Assembly: GCF_032191835.1 (NCBI RefSeq)
Contig: NC_083235.1
Coordinates: 62,558,001 to 62,622,000, forward strand
Reading direction: 5' to 3'
Length of the DNA stretch: 64,000 bases
From: Heteronotia binoei
Taxonomy: Eukaryota
Shown here: positions 49,607 through 61,554 of the stretch, one piece after another
Layout of the letters: every line of letters starts with the position of its first letter
Position numbering within the stretch: position 1 is the stretch's first letter
The notes under the pieces: model-generated
Seen by the model: the letters and a program-made list of their open reading frames with translations, nothing else
Databases searched by the model: none
What the model was told of the DNA's origin: nothing
Translations under genes and position numbers: made by a program

Positions 49607-49869
49607 TTAATTAGTTGGACAGGAAAAACTTCTGGGAAAGAAATGCCCTCATTTTGACCTAGGCTTATTAGCAATAGAATAATTAACAGACATTCTCACA
49701 TTCTGACATGTTACTGTTTTATTGGTTTCCCACACTAACGCAACCCAGATCAAAGGTTTTCTGAGTTTGTTAATTTTTACTATTCTGCTATTGGATTTTA
49801 ACTTTGTACCACTTTGCATTCTAAACTCCACCAGCTCTATGTAGCTCTGCTTACTGTACCTCATCCCTG

Positions 49870-49903
49870 GTCTGAAGAAGTGTGCATGCACACGAAAGCT
49901 TAC
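49870..49903 (+). ncRNA. Minimal hammerhead motif in the 3' PLE terminal repeat
   Basis: CUGAAGA 49872-49878, GUGUGC/GCACAC helix II, GAAA 49894-49897, GCUU. Confidence 0.6.
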
Positions 49904-50439
49904 ATTATGAATAAAAGTACGTTGGTCTTAAAGGTGCTCCTTGACTTCTGCTTTGTTCTACTGCTTCAGACCAGCGCGGTTGCCCACCTGTGAATAAAAC
50001 TTTGCCGGTGTTAAAAATGCCACTGGACCCAACCTTTGTCCTGCTGCTTCAGACCATCAGGGCTGTCCCACCTGAAAGTAGTTTTGTTGGTTTGTTTCCT
50101 GGGACACTTTAACCCCCCCACCGCCAAGGCCAGTCTAGGGACGCGAGACCAGGAGCAAAGTCTGGAAGTCTTCCCAACCCGGTTGGCCTGAGGACTCCTG
50201 CAACCCCGAGTGGTCACCATGGCAACAGGGCATGACACACACCTTAACACCCCCCTTCCGCCGCTGGACGAACGCTGCGGGGATCCTGGCCGGTATCTAA
50301 TTGCCGCATCGCTAGGGAGACTTTCTCTTTCAAGGGGCGGCGAAAGAAACTGCAGTAGCCGCTGCTCGCCTCGCTTATCAGCGACTTCGTTTAGGCTCCG
50401 GAGCCATCGTCACACCCTCCTGCAAACGATGCCGCGGCT

Positions 50440-50560
50440 CCTTTAAGGGCTTCACCTGTAGGACGGACGTGATCCAATGAGCTCCTGCGAGCGACCTGGA
50501 AGTGGAAGTGGGTGGGGAGGGTTAGTGACCCGGAAGTGTAAGGTGCGGGGGTCAATATGC
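50440..50560. promoter_or_regulatory. Bidirectional CpG promoter shared by GPS1 (+) and probably RFNG (-), with ETS/GABP-type GGAAGT motifs and a CCAAT box
   Basis: ggaagtggaagtg at about 50498-50510, CCGGAAGT at 50530-50537 and ccaat near 50474; CpG-rich region about 50130-50800. Confidence 0.7.
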
Positions 50561-50589
50561 CGCTACCCGTCCAAGTCTTTAATTTACAG
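50557..50589 (+). CDS. GPS1: GPS1 (COP9 signalosome subunit 1) exon 1a (MPLPVQVFNLQ)
   Basis: Matches the known CSN1 N-terminus; CAG|gtatcg donor; 33 bp. Confidence 0.93.
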
Positions 50590-51801
50590 GTATCGAGGAA
50601 GTTTTGGGGGGGCTGGTTGGGTTTTTTTTTAATGGAGGGACGCGCGTGAGGCCGGTTAGGTGGTGGTCTGAGAGGGGTGGATCTGGTGGGCCCATTCCGG
50701 ATACCTCCGAAGCTCGCGCTCCTTGAGTGAGCGAGCGCGTGTCAGTCGGGTTGGCTGGCTGACTAAATCTTTAGGCGTCGGGAAAGAAAAGCGAATATGT
50801 GGGCTGGAATGGAAGCTGGGCCCGTTGCCTGAGGCAGGGCAAAGACGTTCGGCTGCCACTGCAGTTAGAGAGCTTCCTTCTCTCTTGGGCAACGAAGAGG
50901 TCCTTCAGCCTGTCCTGCAGTCTCACGCTTTTGGTTCCTCGTCTCCTATCGTTGACTCTTGGATTCGAGCCCTTTTATTCGGTGGACGTTGTTACGGTGG
51001 TTCCTGGGGACGGTTGGCATCAGGGCTTGAACATACGTTTTTGGGTGGCCAACATAGTCACTTTGGTTTTTTTTTTTTTGTTATGTGTGCTTACAGTGAA
51101 ATGTAATGTAAATTAGATAATGGCATAATATCTTTTTGTGTAGAATTCTGAAGGAAACAAATATTTTTTTCCCCCAGAAATTTTGTAATGTAGCATAAGT
51201 TGAAGAAGGGGTTTTGTTTTGGCTTTAGAAAAAGCAATCACTTCCTTTCCTACATGCACCATAGTAGGGCCTCAAATGTGACCGTAATATTTCTCACATG
51301 GGGAATTGTCTGATCACCTGACCATGACATGCTGCTTCTGTATTTGGATAGATTTTGTTCTTGTCATAATACAAAATAGGTGTTGTGTTGAAAGGCTGGA
51401 GTAATTGAAGAGTATTCTGTTACTTTTTTTTTTTTTAGCAAACTCATTGTTTTGTGATCCACCTGAATATCTGTTTCAAGAGAGTAGTCAGATCAAAATC
51501 AAAAGAGACATTATATATGAAATATGGAGCAGTTCTTCAATATCATATATAGAGTTGTTGTAGCATAGTACCTTCATAGAGAAAGAAATGAAAAACAGTG
51601 CCATTCTAAACAGAATTGCACCCTTCTAGCCTGTTGACCTCAGGGGGCTTAAAAGAGAGTCACTGCTTAGGATGGCACTCTAAAGCACTGTTTCCCAAGC
51701 TCAGACTAAGCATTACTCCTTGACTTTTCTATCTCAGACATATTTGGGTCTTTTACTTTGATGGCAATATAACTGTACAATGTGCTTTTGATCCCGTAGG
51801 G

Positions 51802-51938
51802 CAGGGGTGGCCAACGGTAGCTCTCCAGATGTTTTTTTCCTACAACTCCCATCAGCCCCAGCCATTGGCCATGCTGGCTGGGGCTGATGGGAGTTGTAGG
51901 CAAAAAAACATCTGGAGAGCTACCGTTGGCCACCCCTG
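51802..51938. mobile_element. Fold-back hAT MITE (near-perfect hairpin) in GPS1 intron 1
   Basis: caggggtggccaac...gttggccacccctg with ~64-bp arms; TSD ccgtaggg/ccttaggg (7 of 8 match). Confidence 0.85.
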
Positions 51939-52609
51939 CCTTAGGGTGTTTGAACAAAATATTTGTAGTATAACTTGGGAAGAAATGCGTGGGTCTGTTC
52001 TCTAACATGTGCTGCCATCTCCAGTGGGGCTCACCATTTCAGACTGTATTTGCCAGATTGAAATTCACAGCCTATATTTCCATATAACTATCCAAAGTGC
52101 TGTGATGGACTAGCACATGAATCTCTGGCAGCATCTGTGTGTGTGTCAGTCAAAGCTAAGATATAGTGTAAAGTACTGTTCATCTTGAGCGTTTCAGTTT
52201 CCTAGCTTTCACCTTTGTAAAGGTCCATGCACAAATTTTACTCCCTGCTCCATCTCCTAGAGATGCTCTGTAGTTACCCTTACACCATGAGAGAAACTGA
52301 CTGCAGATGCTACCTAATAGAGAATTTTTTGGAATTGATCTAATCTGCTAATTGTAATTTATCAGATCTGATGATTGTAATTACTGGGTGTTGAATTCAA
52401 GCCTGTGATGTCTTGAAATTCTTTGACAGTTTCTTAAGCATGGAAGAAATACAGGCCTACAATGAAAGCATAAGATAGCCAGAGCATATTATTCTAGCCC
52501 CGGTGTGAGTGAGATTGTCTATGTCTGCCAAGGTATTAACTGCCTTTCTTTCCTTTAGCAGCCGGCGAGCTCTGTATCAGGGCGAGGGGGTGCAGAGAGT
52601 CAGGACAGG

Positions 52610-52762
52610 ATGAGGGATAGTTCAGTTCCAAGCTCAGCTTCATCATCAGTGACAGATCTATTCTGCACCCCCCGCAGCAGTAGGTCAGACCTCTTCCTCC
52701 CAGGTACATCTGGAGACTTCAGCCTGAGTGCCAGCTTATCAGCCTGTACCCTGCTCTATGAG
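52610..52762 (+). CDS. GPS1: GPS1 alternative first coding exon 1b (MRDSSVPSSASSSVTDLFCTPRSSRSDLFLPGTSGDFSLSASLSACTLLYE)
   Basis: Closely matches the alternative N-terminus of the long human GPS1 isoform (MRDSSAPSSASSSVTDLYC...); GAG|gtatct donor; 153 bp, phase 0. Confidence 0.85.
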
Positions 52763-53989
52763 GTATCTCAAAGGAGAAAGCACTCTGGGATTATTGAGTG
52801 AGAATGGCTTAAATGGTATCAACCTTAAGGCATATTTCTCAGAAATGAATTCATCTGTTTCAAACAATAATGGATTTCATATGGTATGTCTGAATGCCAT
52901 ATTTAAATGTTTGTGGTACCCTAAGGGTGGACAGTGGGATTGGCAGACCAAGTCGGGGTGAGGGGGAAGGAATGAGTTATAATACAGGGTGGTCTGAGAA
53001 GTTAAAATGGCCCTAGAGCAGATCAAACAAAATGGCTCCTGTGTTGTGACAAGGTAGCACTACAGGGCCACTCACTTTAGCATTGTCACCAGTAGGTATT
53101 GGCTCATGCATTTCCCCCTCTTGCAAATTGGCAGCAGTGTGAGGAGAACCCATTGGTGAGCTTACACTGATCATCATTACCATTAAAGGTCCAGGACAAG
53201 TGTCCACTGAGGTACTGGCAGAGTTTCTGCAGCTTGCTCCTAGGCACTGACCTACCAGGAAATTACCTTATAAATTAAAACGTGTCTGCTGTAACATTTT
53301 GCAGATAATGAAAATGAATAGTTCTGTGTTTTAGCACCAGACTTGTTCACTAATAAGAAGGAAACTAAAATTCTATCTGAAAACCTTCCAAAATACTGTG
53401 TTCAGAAATCTTACATTTTACGGAGGGGTGGGTAATAGGTCTGTGGTTTGAATGCAGAGAATTCCAGGTTCAGTTCCTGCTGTCTCTTGTTAAATGGATT
53501 TCAGGTAGCAGAGTTGGGGTAGACCTTTGGGATAGTCCTTGGAGAACAGCTGCCACTGAAGGTCACCAGTAGTGGGCTAGATGGACCAACTAGTTCAACT
53601 TTATCTTGCATAAGTGTCTCTCTCCCCCTCCCTCCCTGCAATATGTGGTAAGGTGTCAGTGGGAAGGACAGAAGGGCCTGGTCTTGAGGGCAGTGTAGAG
53701 AGTATTAATGCATGGAAGGTTCAGACATTCTTTTCAGCATTATTAAATGACCAACCATCTTTCTGCTCCCTGCGTGTTTTAGTTTTCTCTTAAAATACAA
53801 GGGTACGCAAAAAAATTAAGTTGAGACTAAGGAACCTAAAAGGTTTAGCTCCGTTACTGCCCATATGTGTCTAATTTTACATGATTTGTTGCTTTAGCTA
53901 ATAGGGTATAAAAAGAACAATTTTCCTGGAGCAATTTTATATTTCTGTCCTTCAAGAAAACCTTTTGATACTCTGACCTGGATAACACA

Positions 53990-54430
53990 GGCAAGCCCAA
54001 TCTTGTCAGATCTCAGAAGCTAAGCAAAATTTATTCTGGTTAGTACTTGGATGGGAGACTTCCTTGAAATACTAAGTTGGGAGGATGGGGCAGGCTTTTT
54101 TCAGCCATCTCTCTGAATATCTTCCAGAATCCCAGTAAGGGGTCAGTCACCAGAAATTGCCATGACTTCCAGGTGCGGACATACAAATGCACACGCACAA
54201 AAAAAATTTAAAACCCTTTTGACATCCAGACCTGACCTTGTCAGATCTCTGAAACTAAGCAGGGCCGACTCTGGCAAGTACTTGGATGGGAGACCTCCTT
54301 GGAATACCAGCACTGGGAGGCAAGGGCAGACTTTATTCAGTCACCTCTCTGAATATCCTCCATGCTCCCAGTATGGGTCAGTCACCAGAAGTCGCCATGA
54401 TTTTCAAGTGTGCACATGTGCACACACTGA
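53990..54430 (+). mobile_element. Two tandem 5S rRNA-derived SINEs (5S head plus Sauria-like tail)
   Basis: gatctcagaagctaagca...ggttagtacttggatgggagac 5S-like head twice (about 54000 and 54235), each followed by cagtcaccagaa..gccatga..tccag tails. Confidence 0.7.
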
Positions 54431-55963
54431 AAACAAAGAAAGAACCCTTCTGACATCCAAAAGAGCTATTCAGCTCTTGTGTGTAGTGGAAGATTCTGGC
54501 TGATGTTTTGGGGTTTTAATATTACGGCATAAACTGCATGTTTATCTTTGTTGGTTTCTTCTTTTTAGTGAGCAGTCTTGAGAGTCTGTAGTTTTATATG
54601 GAGGTATGTGAAGAGGTGCTGAAGCACTTTTCTTTGTTTTTCCTCTCAAACTGGCTTCCCAAACTGCATTTCCTATAGAATTTCAGGTGCATAATACTCA
54701 CTGTAGATATGCATCTGAAGCAGTAAAAGAAGGGAGTGCTTTTGAGTAGGAAACCAGCTGGAAGGTAAAAAGATCCCTCCAACTCAATTTAAAATTGCAA
54801 TTTTCCCACTTTTAGTTTAAAGCAAAAGAATTGTCAGAATTCATTGCACACACTTAAATGTAATGTATAGTTTGCGCAAGACAGTGACCAAGCCTGCTGG
54901 GTCTCATTGATGCCCCGCATCAACTGAACTGGATTTTGCAGAAGGCATACATTTTCCTGCTCATCTGTATCATGACTCATTTGTAAATTATATCAAGATA
55001 CTAACTTGAATTTGTGAGCCTACCAATTATAGTAAAGTGATAGTGTACATTTGTTTGTTTTCTATCCTTGCTTTCCCAAATAGCTTTGCTCTTTAAAGTT
55101 GCTTTTCTGTGTCATGATTGGAATGCAGGAGCATGCAGAGTTGTGTTTTGTGGAATTATGAAACAGCTTCCTCTGGACACATGACAAACCAAAGCATGCT
55201 TCTCTCTTAGACTGGACTTAGGGAGAAACAGTAAGGCTGTGAGTTTTTTTTTAACATACTGATTCTTGCTCTAAACACAAGGTTAAGTAGGCCTGGGTAA
55301 ATTAAAAGAAGAAGGGAGACCTTTTTTGTTTCCTTATTCTACCTTTAAAAATAAATTCTCTTCCAAACATAAAAAGGTCTTCATTTATACTTGATCCCTT
55401 GGTTTAGGTGTGTCATTAGGTCATGACTATGAAAATCGATAATCTCAGATCTTATAGGTAAAAGAAGTTTTCAGGTGTTTGTAAAGACCTTTCTCATGCC
55501 TGAGATCTTGGAGTGCTGCAGCCAGTCAGGAAACATTAGTAACCTACATGGACTGTGGCTCAGTGGTAGAGCAACTGCTTGGCAATGTAGGCTCAGGTTC
55601 AATCCTTAGTATTTCCAGTTAAAGGATTAAGTAAAAGGTGATGAGAAATATCTCTACCTGTTGGACACCCATTTTACTAGACAGTACTGATCTTGATGGA
55701 TCAGTGGCCTGATTCAGTATAAAGCAGCTTCATGAGTTCCTGGGCCAGTGGTCTAGCTCAGGAGAAGGCAGCTTGGTAAGTTATCATCAAATCTTCCATG
55801 CTTCACCCTGAAAAGCCACTAAGATTATTGCTAGAAAGAGATGTGGAAGAGCAATGCTTGAAATGGTAGCCAGGTCACATATGCTGATGCAGAGGGATCT
55901 TTCTCATATGATTGGGAAGGAGACTCTTAGGTTCTGTGTTACATACGTATGTTGCTGTTGCAG

Positions 55964-56056
55964 GGTGCGGTAGAGCCCATGCAGATCGATGTAGACCCAC
56001 AAGAAGATCAGCAAAATGCACCTGACATCAACTACGTGGTGGAGAACCCAACTCTG
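55964..56056 (+). CDS. GPS1: GPS1 exon 2 ([31 protein letters not shown])
   Basis: ttgcag| acceptor, |gtatgt donor, 93 bp. Confidence 0.96.
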
Positions 56057-56812
56057 GTATGTACTAGAAGGTAAAAACAGCAGTCAGGTTATAGTTTGGC
56101 TGTATAGAATTAGGGGTCGAAACAGACCGTATCTAACTTAGATAACGTTTTCCTCAAAAGCATTTGCCAAACATTCCAGTTTAACTCGTGTGTTACGTCT
56201 TGTTTGTAAATCTGCATTGTCTATCAGGGTTGTGAAAATATTTGTCAAGGATTGGTATAATACCACACAGGGAGCAAGTGTGGGATACTGCCAGAGAAAT
56301 CGCGTTCCCAACTACCTAGTTCAAGGGTCCCCAACCTTTTTGAGCCTGCAGGTGAATTTGGAGTTCTGACATGGCATGTGGGTGTAGCAACAAAGTGGCT
56401 GCACAAAATGACCGCTGCAGTAGGCCGGACCAGCTACAAAATGTTATCCGCAGCTTAACCTCAAAAATGCAGCGTAGATCCTTGTGCTGTAGTGGCAGCT
56501 GTTGCCAAAGCAACATTTAAAAAAAACCCTGCATAGCCAATCAGAAGTCTTGCTGGGCAAAAGCCCTACCTGGTCCCATCCACTCGCTCAAAACTCGGTG
56601 GGCATCAGAAAAGGTGCTGATGGGTACCATGTTGCAGCAGTTCCTACATCACGTCTGGCTTCAGAGGTTTTTATCTATTGTCTGTCTATTACAGTTTTAC
56701 TATACCTTTCTTCTAAGGAGCTCAGAATTGTGGATGTGATAATCTTCCTTCATTTTATCTTCATAACAATCCTTTGCAGTAGGTTAGGCTGAATGACTGG
56801 CCTAGGTGAGCA

Positions 56813-57547
56813 CTATGGGGTGTGAACTGACAGAGACTGACCAAGAGAGAGATCTTGGGGTCGTGGTAGATAACTCACTGAAAATCTCAAGACAGTGTGC
56901 GTTTGCAATAAAAAAGGCCAACGCCATGCTGGGAATTATTAGGAAGGGAATTGAAGACAAATCAGCCAGTATCATAATGCCCCTGTATAAATCGATGCTG
57001 CGGTCTCATTTGGAGTACTGTGTGCAGTTCTGGTCGCCACACCTCAAAAAGGATATTATAGCATTGGAGAAAGTCCAGAAAAGGGCAACTAGAATGATTA
57101 AAGGGCTGGAACACTTTCCCTATGAAGAAAGGTTGAAACGCTTGGGACTCTTTAGCTTGGAGAAACGTCGACTGCGGGGTGACATGATAGAGGTTTACAA
57201 GATTATGCATGGGATGGAGAAAGTAGAGAAAGAAGTACTTTTCTCCCTTTCTCACAATACAAGAACTTGTGGGCATTCGATGAAATTGATGAGCAGACAG
57301 GTTAAAACGGTTAAAAGGAAGTACTTCTTCACCCAAAGGGTGATTAACATGTGGAGGTGGTGGCAGCCACAAGCATGGCCACCTTCAAGAGGGGGTTAGA
57401 TAAAAATATGGAGCAGAGGTCCATCAGTGGCTATTAGCCACAGTGTGTGTGTGTGTGTGTGTATAAAAAATTTGCCACTGTGTGACACAGAGTGTTGGAC
57501 TGGATGGGCCATTGGCCTGATCTAACATGGCTTCTCTTATGTTCTTA
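56813..57547 (+). mobile_element. CR1 LINE 3' fragment
   Basis: Open ORF2 C-terminus (RDLGVVVD...HLEYCVQFWSPHLKKDI...); ttatgttctta tail; near-identical to 41557-42131. Confidence 0.9.
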
Positions 57548-58977
57548 TCACTGAATGGTAATTTGAATCTAAATCTTCCTGGTCTTAGTCCAGTAATCTG
57601 ACTGCCTTTCTTCTAGTTCAGAGCTGAACATTTTTCAGCAGAAGCAGTACACAATTTTTCTCTCCTTTCCTTTATGACTGGGGATGGCCTTTTTACATTA
57701 ACTAATCAAAACCAAACTAAAAATAACCTGTTATTTAATATTATAACTAATCTGAACTGAAAGAATAACAAAGACATATTTGAAAACATTCTGATCTGGC
57801 TATTGTTTGGTAGTGTCTTTAACAGCATATATGGACTCTCTACCCCTGCGTTTAAAATGTATGGGATGTACTGTCTTCCTACCTTAGATTGTCAAATGCC
57901 TCCCTGTGCCTATTCTGCACAAAGGAGTTTAACTGCCTATAAAATGGGTACCTGTTCTCCTACCCGCCTGAGATCTGTCAGGAAAGAATTGTGCGAGAAG
58001 AAAAAGTTAACAGATGAAAATGTGTTTCCTGTTGAAATCTACAGAAATAAATAATAAATAAAACGAGAACTTGGGAAAAAAAGAAAAATAATATTTTTGC
58101 ATAACCCTATTCTTTGATAACAGTTTTTATCGTACCTTTTTACAAATACTGCTGTTTATATCATTTTTATAGCACTGCTGATTATTCATAGTGGTTCTCA
58201 TTATCCTATATAAGCATGATAAAAAATCCTGTGATGATTGTGTGTTTTTTTCTTTATCCCCCCATATTGCAGAAAGGGGGCTGGGGCTGAGAGGTGATGG
58301 TTTGTCTAAGGCCAGTTAGTGATTTTATGACAGAGGTGAGATTTGAACTGGGGAAGGGCCTGAGTAGTTGGCTGTTGCCTTAGCCTCTACCGGTCAGGAA
58401 AAGCCATTGTGCCTGTGCTTAGAAAGAACATGTAGTGGGATTGCACCCCATCCAGTTTTCTAGCCCCATCCCTGTCTTCTGCCCTGCTCTGAGAATGTTG
58501 GGTCAGTTTCCTTGATTGGTCTTGGTACATGATGGCTCTGCAGTATTCCCTGTTGAAAATGTCTGGGGAAGTGACAGTAATTGAACATGTCCTAGTTGGT
58601 TTTCCAACTTGATCTTTTTAGCATCTTGAGTAACTGGCTGACCACACTATATAATGAGTTCCCTGCATAGCATTTCCTATTCTGAAATGAGAACATCTTC
58701 ACAATGCCTGTACTTCGGGGTAGGGGAGGGCTGCAGTGCCAGGGCGTTTCTTGAAACCAAGGCGACCCACACTGCCTCTTTGATGAATCTGGGGGACCTA
58801 TTTGGTTTTGTGATATAAGCCTTTCCCTCAGTAACAAGGTGTTCTTAGGGTACCAAGTGTAAGGGCTTTGAGTCAGTGAGGTAAGTTTTGTATTGAGCCT
58901 GAAGAGCAGAGATCACTGAAATGGGAGGTTTAATGAAGCAACAAAGAAGATTTGAGTATATACAGGTTATGTGGTGA

Positions 58978-59223
<246 letters not shown>

Positions 59224-59654
59224 TAACATGAAGAAGAAGCTCGAAATAACTTGTCTGAGATACGTAACTCTGAAGAGAAATCTCTAGTTATTGAGAATCT
59301 CCGTAATGGCCAAAACAAAAGGAGTTTTGTGACCTGCTTACTGAAGGAACTCTTTTGTGGGCTAGAGTCCATGTTGTCAGATGCATGAAGTCAAATCTCA
59401 GCAGAGTGATACAGGTAGCAGAGAGAATTATCAGCAATGGTTAGAAGGCTGTGAAGTGGAGGAGGTTCAGCTTGTGATTTTTCTGTATAAACCATAACTG
59501 TATTCAAGATAAGCACAGTGACCATTTTCAAGAGCACAGACTACTTAGTGTTAAGCCATTTAATTCTTGTTGTGGAGACTAAGGTGTTAGATCTGTCCAG
59601 CTCTTTCAAAGGGAGATTCCAATGAGAAGTTGTTGGATTAGAATTCATAATTAG

Positions 59655-60288
59655 GGGGAGGGACAGTGGCTCAGTGGTAGAGCATCTGCTTGGGAAGCAG
59701 AGGGTCCCAGGTTCAATCCCCGGCATCTCCAAAAAAGGGTCCAGGCAAATAGGTGTGAAAATCCTCAGCTTGAGACCCTGGAGAGCCGCTGCCAGTCTGA
59801 GAAGACAATACTGACTTTGATGGACCAAGTGTCTGATTCAGTATAAGGCAGCTTCATATGTTCATGGGGAGGGACAGTGGCTCAGTGGTAGAGCATCTGC
59901 TTGGGAAGCAGAAGGTCCCAGGTTCAATCCCTGGCATCTCCAAAAAAAGGGTCCAGGCAAATAGGTGTGAAAAACCTCAGCTTGAGACCCTGGAGAGCCG
60001 CTGCCAGTCTGAGAAGACAATACTGACTTTGATGGACCCAGGGTCTGATTCAGTATAAGGCAGCTTCATATGTTCATGGGGAGGGATGGTGGCTCAGTGG
60101 TAGAGCATCTGCTTGGGAAGCAGAAGGTCCCAGGTTCAATCCCCGGCATCTCCAAAAAAGGGTCCAAGCAAATAGGTGTGAAAATCCTCAGCTTGAGACC
60201 CTGGAGAGCCGCTGCCAGTCTGAGAAGACAATACTGACTTTGATGGACCGAGTGTCTGATTCAGTATAAGGCAGCTTCATATGTTCAT
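59655..60288 (+). mobile_element. Head-to-tail trimer of Squam2-like SINE (211/212/211 bp)
   Basis: Units start at 59655, 59866 and 60078, each with a tRNA-like head (gtggctcagtggtagag...ggttcaatccc) and a catatgttcat end. Confidence 0.9.
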
Positions 60289-60915
60289 AATCTTTTCATT
60301 GGAGTCTCCCTTTGAAGAATGGTGAACCTCAGATCTGCCTAAGAGAATCCTGGTAGATCAAAACATTTTGTTACAGATTTTTGAATGTTTTATGATCTTG
60401 AATTTGTGTTCTTTTTAGTTCTGCATAGAAGCATGACCAGTTTGTCCTATGTAGACAGCAGATAGATGTTGACAGATGATAATGCACATCACACTGGGGG
60501 GAGTGCAGTTTAATGATCCCCTGCAAGCGTGCCTGATGTTATTAGGTCCTGAAATAGTATTGCCTGAAGAGATATGAGGACAGAGTTAGTATCCGGGCTT
60601 GTTGGAGGGAGTCACCTCTGGGTTAATGTCTTTGGAAGGTAGTCCCTTGTTGGGGCTGGCTGTAAGCAAGTAAAATCGTGCTGCCCAAGGTCTGTGCAAT
60701 GAGTTCTATGGATGGGACTTACTCTGAAATGAAAACATCCCCACAGTGTCTTGACTTGGGTTAGGGGAGCTAACAAAAATAAAGCTACAATACACAAACT
60801 GAAAATCTGAATACGACTCTTACTGTTTACCACTCTTCACCACTCTTACTGTTTGTTGTATGTAGATGATAGTTGACTGTGTTGCCCATACACATTTACT
60901 GCCTCTTTTTTGCAG

Positions 60916-61080
60916 AGAGCTCCAGAACACACCTGATGCTGTTCCGGATGGAGGAATGGAGCCCCCTCCTCTAGACACAGCTTGGGTTGAGGCAACACGC
61001 AAAAAAGCTCTTCTCAAGTTGGAAAAGCTGGATACAGATCTAAAGAACTATAAGGGGAATTCAATCAAGGAAAGCATCAG
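60916..61080 (+). CDS. GPS1: GPS1 exon 4 ([55 protein letters not shown])
   Basis: ttgcag| acceptor, |gtgatg donor, 165 bp. Confidence 0.95.
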
Positions 61081-61554
61081 GTGATGTGCACTGAGATCAG
61101 TTAGACCAAAACAAAACAAAATATCCTGATTTGGCAATAGGGAATTTTACATCGGTTCCAGAATATTGTTTCATCCAAGAAGTGCCTTTGGGAGTCGCTT
61201 TGTGGGTGTACAGCTGAGGTGCGTCTTTCAAAAGTTTGCTGGCATCTAATCCATTGAAGTAGATAGTTCCAGGAACCTGACTCAAGTTCATCAGGTCATC
61301 TGTGTGTAAATGTTGCATGGATGGTCTGTTTAGATAGAAGACCTTTCATGTGACTGTTCTCTCAGAATCATCTGCTTTGTAGATGTGAAATGCCTGTCTG
61401 AACTGTTTCCCACCCACCTTCACCTCAGATTCTGCAGCCAGAATATATTGTGTTATGTAAACTTCCGTATTCATGATTTTCACAGAAGTAGCATTATTTC
61501 TTTGTGATAGGCTTCTGAATATGGGGATCCAGGGGACAGCCTTATAATGGTTTA

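Larger units (their letters stand above)
46428..49990 (+). mobile_element. 5'-truncated Penelope-like element with inverted 5' terminal repeat, interrupted by CR1 and RTE insertions
   Basis: RT-to-GIY-YIG linker (KQINKARMIPRENLLQDR...PLVV) at 46876-47064; RQPPNLKQLL...CNKPKCQLC...ICAIKCQQCP..LYIGQT at 48405-48780; inverted arms 46428-46846 vs 49185-49957; hammerhead cores in both arms. Confidence 0.85.

Noticed and set aside
53990-54310. 5S rRNA-like segments
   Set aside because: Partial, diverged and fused to SINE tails; not rRNA genes.
59655-60288. tRNA-like sequences with A/B boxes (also 14225, 17246, 20259, 24036, 25788, 27356, 34476)
   Set aside because: These are SINE heads followed by SINE bodies; there is no complete cloverleaf, so they are not tRNA genes.
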